Below, one piece after another: positions 1 to 8,759 of a stretch of 64,000 bases of DNA. The first letter of the stretch is position 1, and each line of letters begins with the position of its first letter. A program made the position numbers and the translations under genes. Source of the stretch: an uncultured cyanobacterium. GTDB lineage: Bacteria; Cyanobacteriota; Cyanobacteriia; Cyanobacteriales; Nostocaceae. The DNA lies in contig CAVUDP010000001.1 of the NCBI GenBank assembly GCA_963740315.1, positions 128,001 to 192,000 of the forward strand. The letters are read 5' to 3'. A model generated the notes under the pieces. That model did no database searches and was not told the DNA's origin. It was given only the letters and a program-made list of their open reading frames with translations.

Positions 1-36
1 TACTTTTTTAAGGGTGTATCGTCAAGGAATTAATTA

Positions 37-1260
37 ATGGAAGAATCAACGCTGGGGAAGATCGATTATTTGCGATCGCCAATTGCAATTCGCGAACGTT
101 GCGGACAGTTGTACGATTATGCGATCGGAGGTAAATCGGAGTATTTCGCTTGCGATTTAACGCGGTTGGGAGAAGTTGCGGATTATGTAATCGATGTCAT
201 GCGTGGCGAATACCCGGATTTACAAATTCCTTTTCACAGTCGCTGGCAACATTTTCAAGCTGGAGAAATACCGCGTTTAACTTGGTTGAATCAAAAGTTA
301 GCCCGATTAACTGATGTAGAAACCGCGATCGCAAAATACGATCTAGCAATTATCAGCGTTTTATTGGATGCGGGTGCTGGTAAAAGTTGGCAATATACCG
401 AACCTGAAACGCAATTAATTTTCGCACGTTCTGAAGGATTGGCTGTTGCTAGTTACCAGATGTTTTGTCAGGGAATTTTTTCCAGTGACTCTAACAATCC
501 TTTACAAGTTGATGCTGATAAATTGCAAAGCTTAACAGCAGAAGAACTTGCTGCGGGGTTTCAAGTGACTCCGGATAATCCCTTAGTAGGATTGAGCGGT
601 AGGTTAAAACTTTTGCAAAAGTTAGGACAAGTTTTACTTACATTACCCGACATATTTGGTAAAGAAAATCCTCGTCCCGGCAATTTGATAAATTACCTTT
701 TAGATAAAGTTGATAACAATCAAATAAGCGCCGCAACTGTATTTAATGCAGTTTTACAAGGATTTAGCGACATTTGGACGGGACGTATAGAAGTAGATGG
801 GGTTAACTTAGGGGATGTGTGGTTTCACAGCGCGGTTGCAGATGATGGTTTAATACCCTTTCATAAACTTTCGCAATGGCTGACTTACTCACTGTTAGAA
901 CCGCTACAAGAATTAGGATTAGAAGTTACGAACTTGGATGCTCTTACCGGATTAGCAGAATATCGTAATGGTGGTTTGTGTCTCGATTTAGGACTTATTA
1001 ACGTCAAAAATTCAGATATTTTATCTCATTCTTATCCAGTAGCATCAGAAATTATAGTAGAATGGCGTGCTTTAACCGTAATTTTGTTAGATTTGATTGC
1101 CGCTAAAGTACGAGAAAAACTTAATATGAACGCTTCAGAGTTGCCCCTAGTGAAAATTTTACAAGGAGGAACTTGGACGGCAGGAAGAAAAATCGCCGCA
1201 GAATTAAGAAAAGATGGTGTCCCCCCTCTACAGATAGAAAGCGATGGCACGGTATTCTGA
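37..1260 (+). CDS. URC4/Urg3 family (DUF1688) uracil-catabolism protein
   Basis: 407 aa ORF with PFHSRW, SVLLDAGAG, RSEGLA, FHKLSQWLTYSL, TGLAEYRNGGL and C-terminal IESDGTVF motifs typical of URC4; adjacent to upp. Confidence 0.85.
   Translation: MEESTLGKIDYLRSPIAIRERCGQLYDYAIGGKSEYFACDLTRLGEVADYVIDVMRGEYPDLQIPFHSRWQHFQAGEIPRLTWLNQKLARLTDVETAIAKYDLAIISVLLDAGAGKSWQYTEPETQLIFARSEGLAVASYQMFCQGIFSSDSNNPLQVDADKLQSLTAEELAAGFQVTPDNPLVGLSGRLKLLQKLGQVLLTLPDIFGKENPRPGNLINYLLDKVDNNQISAATVFNAVLQGFSDIWTGRIEVDGVNLGDVWFHSAVADDGLIPFHKLSQWLTYSLLEPLQELGLEVTNLDALTGLAEYRNGGLCLDLGLINVKNSDILSHSYPVASEIIVEWRALTVILLDLIAAKVREKLNMNASELPLVKILQGGTWTAGRKIAAELRKDGVPPLQIESDGTVF
72..79. repeat. HIP1 octamer GCGATCGC (example of many copies across the window)
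   Basis: GCGATCGC recurs throughout coding regions; established cyanobacterial genome signature. Confidence 0.9.
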
Positions 1261-1369
1261 TTATCAATTATCAAAAAAATTAAGCACAGGTCTGCATGTC
1301 AAAGGTTAAAGGTCAAAGGTATTAAATTCCCTCGCAAAAAATGAAACCAGCACCTGCAATCTTCAAAAT

Positions 1370-1485
1370 CTGCAACTGCTTCCCAGACTCCGGCTGCAAC
1401 TGGTTCTCAGACTCCGGCTGGGAACCCATTATCAGGAGGCAGAGCCTCCCTAAAATTCATTACAAGGTAGAACCTTGTAACGAGG
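1370..1485. repeat. REP-like palindromic repeat cluster
   Basis: ctgcaactg(c/g)ttc(c/t)cagactccgg occurs twice in tandem, followed by hairpins gaggc-aga-gcctc and ttacaaggt-aga-accttgtaa. Confidence 0.55.
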
Positions 1486-1541
1486 GTACGAGAGCTTGTT
1501 AAAAAATATTAATTCAAAATCCACTCTTAAAAATTCATTTT

Positions 1542-2174
1542 ATGCAGCAAGTAACGCTAATTAAACATCCATTAATTCAACACAAATTAACCCTTATACG
1601 TAAAGTAGAAACTAGCACGGCAAAATTTCGCGCTCTCCTCAAAGAAGTAAGTTTATTATTAGCTTATGAAGTAACGCGAGATTTGCCTTTAAAATCGGAA
1701 TTAATTCAAACACCGATGGCGCAAATGAACGCTCCGGTACTCGCATCAGAAAAAAAATTAGTAATTATTTCCATCCAACGAGCCGGACAAGGTATTTTAG
1801 ATGGAATGCTCGAATTAATGCCAACTTCACGAGTCGGACATATTGGACTTTATCGCGACCCAAAAACCCTAATTCCGATAGAATATTATTTCAGAGTTCC
1901 CGATGATATAGAAAAGCGAGATGTGTTAGTAGTCGATCCAATGTTAGCAACTGGTAATACAGCAGTAGCAGCAGTAGAACGCTTGAAATCAACTAACCCT
2001 CAGTCGATCAAATTTGTTTGTTTGCTCGCCGCACCAGAAGGGATCGAATACTTTTGTGAATCTCATCCAGACGTACAAATTTTTACCGCAGCCATTGATG
2101 AAAAGCTTGATGAAAATGGTTATATAATCCCCGGCTTAGGCGATGCAGGCGATCGAATGTTTGGTACGAAATAA
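1542..2174 (+). CDS. upp: uracil phosphoribosyltransferase
   Basis: HPLIQHKL N-terminus, [12 protein letters not shown]-binding loop, [18 protein letters not shown]-terminus. Confidence 0.97.
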   Translation: MQQVTLIKHPLIQHKLTLIRKVETSTAKFRALLKEVSLLLAYEVTRDLPLKSELIQTPMAQMNAPVLASEKKLVIISIQRAGQGILDGMLELMPTSRVGHIGLYRDPKTLIPIEYYFRVPDDIEKRDVLVVDPMLATGNTAVAAVERLKSTNPQSIKFVCLLAAPEGIEYFCESHPDVQIFTAAIDEKLDENGYIIPGLGDAGDRMFGTK

Positions 2175-2408
2175 AATCAAATTATTGTAGGGTGTGTTAT
2201 GGCGCGATCGATAATTTCAACTGTGACAAAATAATTGTATTTCACGGCTAACGCACCATTTTAATAAATATCGGTTTGGATGAAAAATTTAATTGTTTTA
2301 AAAATTCGTAAGCTGATTCTATATTTTCAAAATTTATAACTGCTAATTCTATTTCACCAAATTATTGATACAAATCAAAATACCTGGAGACGTAGCAGTG
2401 CTACGTCT

Positions 2409-3041
2409 CTACACTTTTGTAAACACCGCACGATAAACGGGTTCGCTTTTCTCTAAGGTAAATGATTCTCGTTCCGTTGCAACTGGTAGGGGATTTTCTG
2501 TTAACCATTCTTGGCTTTGTCTTTGAAAAGCAGGATTTTCTGCAAAGCGATCGCACATCTCTACTGCGACAAATTTAACGTCCGATTGTAAAAATACCGT
2601 TCCCCCAGGTGCAAGATAATCTGCTAATTGTGCGACTAATTCCGGTTGCACGACGCGCCGTTTACCATGACGATTCTTAAACCAAGGATCGGGAAATTGG
2701 ATTGTCACTTGTTGTAAAGTTCCTTTTGGTAAGGAAGATAAAAGCGGCTTGACTGAGTTATTCGCATTACAAAATATATTGTGTAAATTTGTTAATGCTA
2801 ATTCCGAGCGTATTTTGTTGGCTGCTTCTACCAAAGGTTCGCGAATTTCTAAACCCAGAAAATTCCACTTAGGTTCTAGCTGTGCCATTTCGATTAAAAA
2901 TTGTCCCCTCGCGCAACCAATATCTAAAAGTAAAGGTTGATTTGTATCTACATAAATTTTTTCCCAATCAATTGGGTTAATTGGTGTTTGATATCTTATT
3001 CCGAATGGATTAACGTGCTGACGAACTCTAACGCGATTCAA
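2409..3041 (-). CDS. trmB: tRNA (guanine-N7)-methyltransferase
   Basis: RVRQHVNP, LDIGCARG SAM motif, GLEIR, QFPDPWFKNRH. Confidence 0.95.
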   Translation of the reverse strand: MNRVRVRQHVNPFGIRYQTPINPIDWEKIYVDTNQPLLLDIGCARGQFLIEMAQLEPKWNFLGLEIREPLVEAANKIRSELALTNLHNIFCNANNSVKPLLSSLPKGTLQQVTIQFPDPWFKNRHGKRRVVQPELVAQLADYLAPGGTVFLQSDVKFVAVEMCDRFAENPAFQRQSQEWLTENPLPVATERESFTLEKSEPVYRAVFTKV

Positions 3042-3185
3042 TAGTTTTCTCCTTTTGAATAATCAATTATCAATTATCAGTATTTATAATTCTTAATTCT
3101 TAACTCTTAACTCCTAACTTTTTCCGCGTTATACTCTATTTTAAAAGCGTTTTTTTACACCCTATATAAGATTTTATTTACTTCA

Positions 3186-4286
3186 ATGAGTCTAAATTTT
3201 CGTTTTGCGATCGCTAGCGATTTACACCTTGCGCTTCCCCATACTATTTGGGATCATCCGAGTCGCTTTCATTTGGTGGAAGTTAGTATCCCGGCTTTTG
3301 ATAGTGTATTGGAACATTTGACACAACTGGATTTAGATTTTCTTTTACTACCAGGAGATTTAACTCAACACGGCGAACCTGAAAATCATACTTGGTTGCA
3401 AGAACGTTTAACAAAACTGCCTTTTCCTACTTATGTTATACCGGGTAATCATGATGTTCCGGTTTTTAATGCTAACGAGCAATCGATTGCTTTTAAGGAT
3501 TTCCCGCAGTTCTATCGTAAATTTGGCTACGAAGATTCTCAAAAACTTTACTATACTTGTGAATTACTACCGTCAGTTAGATTAATTGCTCTTAATTCTA
3601 ATAACTTTGACGATCGAGGTAATCAGATCGGACGTTTGGATAACGAGCAGTTGCGCTGGTTGGAAGAAGTTTTAGCTGCTGCTAGCGATGAATTAATTTT
3701 AGTGATGGTTCATCATAACGTAGTCGAGCATTTGCCCAATCAAGCACGTCACCCGATGGCAAGCCGTTATATGTTAGAAAATGCACCCGAATTGTTAGAA
3801 ATTCTGCGACGTTACAACGTTCAATTAGTTTTTACCGGACACCTACATATTCAAGATATAGCTTATCAAGATAACGTATTTGATATCACTACAGGTTCCT
3901 TAGTCAGCTATCCCCATCCCTACAGAATATTAAAATACGATCGGGATAATCGCGGAGAAAGTAGGTTACAAATATCATCACATAAAGTAGAATCGGTATT
4001 TAATTTTCCCGACTTACAGCAAAGTTCCCTTACTTGGATGTGCGATCGCAGTTTTCCGTTCATAGTCAAACTGTTAACTTTACCTCCATTAAATCTCCCC
4101 CAAGACAAAGCAGAAGAACTAGCCCCCACATTGCGAGACTTCTGGGCAAATATAGCCGCTGGAGATGCATTGCTTGAATATCCCGAATTTCCCGAAAAAG
4201 TACGTCACCATTTCGAGAAATACAGCGCACTTACACCCGATGGGCATCGGACTTTTATTGATAATAATTCAACATTGTTGCTTTGA
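3186..4286 (+). CDS. metallophosphoesterase (calcineurin-like)
   Basis: SDLH, GDLT, PGNHD, HH and GHLH metal-binding motifs. Confidence 0.9.
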   Translation: MSLNFRFAIASDLHLALPHTIWDHPSRFHLVEVSIPAFDSVLEHLTQLDLDFLLLPGDLTQHGEPENHTWLQERLTKLPFPTYVIPGNHDVPVFNANEQSIAFKDFPQFYRKFGYEDSQKLYYTCELLPSVRLIALNSNNFDDRGNQIGRLDNEQLRWLEEVLAAASDELILVMVHHNVVEHLPNQARHPMASRYMLENAPELLEILRRYNVQLVFTGHLHIQDIAYQDNVFDITTGSLVSYPHPYRILKYDRDNRGESRLQISSHKVESVFNFPDLQQSSLTWMCDRSFPFIVKLLTLPPLNLPQDKAEELAPTLRDFWANIAAGDALLEYPEFPEKVRHHFEKYSALTPDGHRTFIDNNSTLLL

Positions 4287-4289
4287 GCA

Positions 4290-4437
4290 GTTAGGAGTAA
4301 TGAATTTTAGATTTTAGATTTTAAATTTTGGATTAAAAGAATTAGGAGTGAGGAGTGATGAATTTTTATTTCTTCCCCCTCTACCCCCTCTACCCCCTCT
4401 CCCCCATCTCCTTGTCTCCCCATCCCCCCATCCCCTA
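4290..4437. repeat. STRR-type short tandem repeats
   Basis: ttaggag, attttag, ccccctcta and ccccatc units between convergent genes. Confidence 0.7.
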
Positions 4438-5646
4438 TTCTTCATTTTGTCGGCAAATAGCGAAAACGGAGGTGAAACCGTGAACGAAGGTACTACCGCC
4501 AACGGGACCGATTTCACCATTGCAGAAAAATCCGCCTAGAGGTATATCTTTGATGTAGCGCCCAAATAATTCTGAATCAAAGTTTGGTTTTTTATAGAGT
4601 CCTTCGCCTCTACCCAAGCAGGAAAACATTAAAGCACCTACAGGGGCTGGAACTGACGCTTGTTCTTGTTGATATTTGTTAAGCAAAAATTCTAAATCTT
4701 GGGCGGAAGTTTGAGCGTCGCGGAGATGGAATTGTAGGCGCTGTCCGGGACGCAGGTAGTCACCAACGGCGATCGCACCGGCTGCGGGGTCTACTCCCAA
4801 TATGTTACGAATTAAGAAGTCTCCTTGCTGTAAATCTTGTTTAAATTCATTCATCGCCACACCTACGAACAAAGAGTTTTGAGCGAGAATTTTTTCTGAT
4901 TCACTTAAATTCGCAATCAAATCGCGCAATAAAATTAATGGAACTTGCTCCTCAATTTCTAAGATTATATTGCGATCGCATTTGCTAATTTGAAGGGGTG
5001 TACCGATTGGGCGGCAACCTTGAGCGACAATTGTATCTAAGGTAATATTGCCGCTTAATGCTACTCCTACGGTACCCTGACGATAAATATCGTTGCAAAA
5101 TAGAGCGATACTATCTCCCATTCCACCACCGCTTGCTTGCCCTCCGACGATCGCCGAACCCGGATAAGCAAAGTCCAAACCTTTTAATAAGTTATTGATA
5201 CCGCCTCCTACGTTGCTAGAAAGCAAAATAAATTGGGGTGTAGGATTCGGAGATACGCCGATCGCATCTATCCAGGCATCAGGCGAACTATCTAAATCGG
5301 GTAATTCTTCACTAACAATATGAAAAGGATGAATATTTACATCTGGTAAATAGGCTAAAGTTAGCGATAAAGCTGCTTCATCTTCAAATTCTTGAACTTG
5401 TCCATAACTGCTTGTACCAATCACACCGCCACCGCTACAGCCAATTAATACGGGTACATCTAATATTCGTGCAAGTAAAGGTAAAAGCCGAGAATACTCG
5501 CTCGTAAAAGCAGATGAGATGAACACCAGTCCGAAATTTGGTTTTGCCGATAACTTCCCTACAGCTTGCTCTACAACTTCGGAAATCGCTGCTTCCAGAG
5601 AAGGTTGGGTTGACAAGGCGTTTGTCCACTGCATTTGGTCTGCCAT
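4435..5646 (-). CDS. FIST N/C domain signal-transduction protein
   Basis: LIGCSGGG, VGGQAS, VAQGCRPIG, FLIRNILGVD, FSCLGRG, GFFCNGEIGP. Confidence 0.9.
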   Translation of the reverse strand: MADQMQWTNALSTQPSLEAAISEVVEQAVGKLSAKPNFGLVFISSAFTSEYSRLLPLLARILDVPVLIGCSGGGVIGTSSYGQVQEFEDEAALSLTLAYLPDVNIHPFHIVSEELPDLDSSPDAWIDAIGVSPNPTPQFILLSSNVGGGINNLLKGLDFAYPGSAIVGGQASGGGMGDSIALFCNDIYRQGTVGVALSGNITLDTIVAQGCRPIGTPLQISKCDRNIILEIEEQVPLILLRDLIANLSESEKILAQNSLFVGVAMNEFKQDLQQGDFLIRNILGVDPAAGAIAVGDYLRPGQRLQFHLRDAQTSAQDLEFLLNKYQQEQASVPAPVGALMFSCLGRGEGLYKKPNFDSELFGRYIKDIPLGGFFCNGEIGPVGGSTFVHGFTSVFAICRQNEE

Positions 5647-5969
5647 GAATTACTTTTTATATTTTTATGTTTAAAGCCATTAATTGCATCTTATTGTAGT
5701 TGACTGTAGTGCTGGTTTTATTCTTCTAATATCTGTTAATCCCACCTTTGCTCCGGCTTATCCCAACTTTAATACTTATCACTATAGATTCTACTCAAAA
5801 CTTTGCAAAAATCTTAAAAGTTTAAGTTGAAGGCTCTATGCATACTATTATTTGTTGTATTTTGATAGTACGGTTGCTTACGTGCTGAGTAGCTAGAATG
5901 GTTAATACCATCAAAATTTGCCGAACTTTTTCTATACTTGTATTAACAACAATTAACAAAACTGAAACT

Positions 5970-6191
5970 ATGAGCGACATCAAAGACAAAATCCAAGAAG
6001 AACTCCAAGAGGCACGTACCGTTTGCGATACTTCAGGTACAAACTCCGCTGAGTGCGCTGCTGCTTGGGATGCAGTAGAAGAATTACAAGCCGAAGCTTC
6101 TCACCAGCGTCAATCTAAACCCAAAAACTCCTTAGAAAAGTACTGTGATGAAAATCCTGATGCTGACGAGTGCAGAGTTTACGACGACTAA
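5970..6191 (+). CDS. cp12: Calvin cycle regulatory protein CP12
   Basis: AWDAVEELQAEASH core, N-terminal Cys pair and C-terminal YCDENPDADECRVYDD; start placed at ATG 5970 rather than 5898. Confidence 0.93.
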   Translation: MSDIKDKIQEELQEARTVCDTSGTNSAECAAAWDAVEELQAEASHQRQSKPKNSLEKYCDENPDADECRVYDD

Positions 6192-6245
6192 AAATTAAGT
6201 TCGTCATTAACGTCTGTTGTTCCACGCCAGCAACAAGAATGTTTA

Positions 6246-6345
6246 ATTGCGGGCTAATTCACCCAACGGAAAAATGCCACGCTGGTTAAAACCATATGCG
6301 GCGTTTTTCCTGTCGGCTTTCAAGCATACCGATCCCAACAAAACC
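6246..6345 (+). mobile_element. degenerate copy of the right end of the IscB-type element at 7553-7936
   Basis: attgcgggctaattcacccaa...tggttaaaacca...gcggcgtttttcct aligns by eye with 7829-7900. Confidence 0.7.
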
Positions 6346-6653
6346 GAGATTTTATTCTGAGGTTGTAACCACGGTACATATCCTATAAAAGCCTCAAGCA
6401 ACCAGAATTTGGTTATCAAAGCTTGGGGTTATAGTTTTTAGCTATTCACGGAGTTATCCTTCGATCTTCCCTAATTTTGCACGGGTACAAAGCCAAGTGG
6501 GTGCGGATAACCGTAACCGGATAAAATATTAAATTAAACTTCTTATTCGTTACTTATTCTAAATTTTAAAGAAAATTTGTATATAAATACTTAGCTACTT
6601 TACTTTTCAATACTGGTGTTGGCTAAAGTCTTTAACTGTATATAGGAAAAATT

Positions 6654-7247
6654 ATGAATGATGTTTGGTTTCGCTCGTTAGTTTGGATGGACTATCGTTT
6701 GGCAGTTTTATTTACAGTTCTTATTCCCTTAGTTTTACTTATTTGGGCATTTGTTCAAAAAGCTGAAGCAATCCAACGTCTGTTGAGTATTTACTGGCGA
6801 GTCTCAAGTTTACTGGCAATTACCGTTTACTTAATGATTGGCGGCTTTGGGGTAAGTTTTATTGCCTCTTTAATGGGGCGGATTTTAATTCCAATTTCAT
6901 TATGGTTCTGGATGGACTTGAACGATGAAATTCAATACGGTTCTGATGGAGCCTTGAAGTTTGTTTTTACGTCTTGGCGTTGGGCTACAAGCATTTATTG
7001 TGCTTTAGGCGCACTCTTAACCATCCCTTTCTTAGGTTGTGCTTTTTCCGAAACTACTCTCAAGACTCCTTATTGTAAAGTTTGGTTGGAAGCACCATTA
7101 CTATTTAAAGAGTATTTCCACCCCAACACCAATGCAGGCTTCTTAGGCTTTCTAGGGATTATGGGCTTAATATTCTACGTTCTATGCCTGAGCTACTTTG
7201 TAATCGTTAAACTCGGTAAACAAGGACGTACTGCCGCACCGCAGTAG
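6654..7247 (+). CDS. DUF3177 family membrane protein
   Basis: 197 aa hydrophobic ORF with LVWMDYRLAVLFTV and YWRVSSLLAITV motifs. Confidence 0.75.
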   Translation: MNDVWFRSLVWMDYRLAVLFTVLIPLVLLIWAFVQKAEAIQRLLSIYWRVSSLLAITVYLMIGGFGVSFIASLMGRILIPISLWFWMDLNDEIQYGSDGALKFVFTSWRWATSIYCALGALLTIPFLGCAFSETTLKTPYCKVWLEAPLLFKEYFHPNTNAGFLGFLGIMGLIFYVLCLSYFVIVKLGKQGRTAAPQ

Positions 7248-7252
7248 GGTTC

Positions 7253-7314
7253 GGGGGTTCGGGGGAGAGGGGGAGAGGGGGTTCGGGGGAGAGGGGGTTC
7301 GGGGGAAGAGGGGG
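7253..7314 (+). repeat. G5 octamer tandem repeat GGGGG(TTC/AGA), 8 G-tracts
   Basis: G5 runs starting at 7253, 7261, 7269, 7277, 7285, 7293, 7301 and 7310. Confidence 0.9.
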
Positions 7315-7423
7315 TAGAAGAGAGTTCTTGAGGCAGGGGAAGCTCTTGAGGCAGGGGAAGCAATTAATTATTTATTTTCTTCCTCCGCTTCCTCCGCTCC
7401 CGGAGCTCCCGGAGCAATATCAT

Positions 7424-7510
7424 CTCCTAACTCCTAACTCCTAACTCCTAACTCCTAACTCCTAACTCCTAACTCCTAACTCCTAACTCCTAACTCCTAA
7501 CTCTTAACTC
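7424..7510 (+). repeat. STRR-type heptamer array (CTCCTAA)11 plus one variant unit
   Basis: 11 perfect CTCCTAA copies at 7424-7500, then CTCTTAA. Confidence 0.95.
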
Positions 7511-7552
7511 CGTGAGCTATCCCCCATGCCCCATTCCCAATAGATAATTCCT

Positions 7553-7826
7553 GTCAGCAACTCAGGGCTTAAGCCACTGAGCTTCAGGCATTGTCTTGAA
7601 GCTCTTAGCTGACCAGATATGCGGTTTCTACGTTTAAGGTAAGTGTTAAAGTTCACAGCGCAGGAATGCGTAGCTAGTTCCGAGCTTCTGTAACTGAGGA
7701 ATTAAACAGGTGTATCTGAGTTAAGCCAGTGTTCTTCAGACGTGCCGACCTTAAACATTGTCGTTACCCTCACGGGTCACTTCGTGAACGCGCAGCGTGC
7801 CCTCTTAGGGCAAGCTAACATCACCG
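7553..7826 (+). ncRNA. HEARO/omegaRNA-like scaffold (stand-alone)
   Basis: ordered motifs GCTGACCAG, CTACGTT, GGAATGCGTAGCTAGTTCC, TAAACAG, CAGTG, AACATTGTCG...AAGCTAACATCACC recognised from IscB-associated RNAs. Confidence 0.75.
7764..7811. repeat. small dispersed repeat (SDR-like) insertion inside the omegaRNA
   Basis: taccctcacgggt and cgcgcagcgtgccctcttagggc hairpins split AACATTGTCG from AAGCTAAC; similar units at 12946-12983. Confidence 0.6.
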
Positions 7827-7936
7827 ACATTGCGGGCTAATCACCCAAAGAAAAACGCCAAGGTGGTTAAAACCACACGCGGCGTTTTTCCTCTCAGCTT
7901 TAAAAAGACTGAGTTTCCAAGCTACCAGGATTTTTT

Positions 7937-8230
7937 ATGAGCATTGATAAACGACTTGAGCAATATACTGTTAAACGTCCTCAAGAAGTCTTGTTAGTGA
8001 CGGTGGAAATAAATGGCGATCGAGACGAAATTGCTATTTTTAGAGGATTTTCTAGTTCTTTGATGCGTCCAACTGCTTTCGATCCAGATGTTGCGGTTAT
8101 ATCCCCTCAAGCAAAGATTATTAGTATCGAGCGTTTGAAAAGTCCCTATAATCCCGAATCACCTGAATATATTCAGCAAGGGCTTACTCTTGAAGCTATG
8201 TCTCGCTTACTTACTGAAGTCGATGTGTAA
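7937..8230 (+). CDS. conserved hypothetical cyanobacterial protein
   Basis: 97 aa ORF with IFRGFSSSLMRPTAFDPD and SPYNP motifs. Confidence 0.75.
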   Translation: MSIDKRLEQYTVKRPQEVLLVTVEINGDRDEIAIFRGFSSSLMRPTAFDPDVAVISPQAKIISIERLKSPYNPESPEYIQQGLTLEAMSRLLTEVDV

Positions 8231-8759
8231 AAAAAGAATATTATCTAGCCAAATATTAAATTTACAGTTATATATTATATTTATGTTTTTATGGGGTAAA
8301 TAATACTTCTACTTTAAGTTGATATCGTAAGTAAACTGTCTTAAGGAAGATATGACCGCTTGTTGCCGAATTAATTTTGTGTTTCTAATTGATTTTGCTC
8401 GAAATTCAGTTTGTAGCTATCAAATGCAAGCATAACTAACTGCGTGAATCCGGAGTTTTTGTAAAAAAAATCAAGTCACCTGTACGAATAATGACTAACT
8501 TATGGTAAGTTAATAAAAATAAACATAAGATATTCCAATCAATAAATATATATTTTTCGAGCTAGTCTAAGGTAACTTTTTAATCTAAATAGAATTAGTA
8601 AATATAAAACATTCGCAGGCACGTTCATTATTCACATTTGTTACGCCTGCCGTGAAAGTTGTTTAAGAATCTTGCCCGGATATAGTTAGCCGTTGTGGTG
8701 TTTAGCCAGAAGCGGTGACTAGATCGTAAATCCTAAGTCTCACACTTTCCCCCTCTCTT

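Larger units (their letters stand above)
7553..7936 (+). mobile_element. non-autonomous IS200/IS605 (IscB-type) element: left end plus omegaRNA plus right end, no ORF
   Basis: starts GTCAGCAACTCAGGGCTTAAGCCACTGAG hairpin; ends TTTCCTCTCAG-hairpin-CTGAGTTTCCAAGCTACCAGGATTTTTT directly followed by ATGA. Confidence 0.75.

Noticed and set aside
4314..4539. Short ORFs 4314-4520 (-) and 4348-4539 (+)
   Set aside because: Low-complexity translations of STRR repeats overlapping the FIST gene
5898..5969. N-terminal extension of CP12
   Set aside because: CP12 similarity begins at ATG 5970; the upstream in-frame ATG is probably fortuitous
7424..7510. CRISPR array or telomere-like repeat
   Set aside because: Contiguous 7-bp units without spacers; ordinary STRR-type repeat of filamentous cyanobacteria
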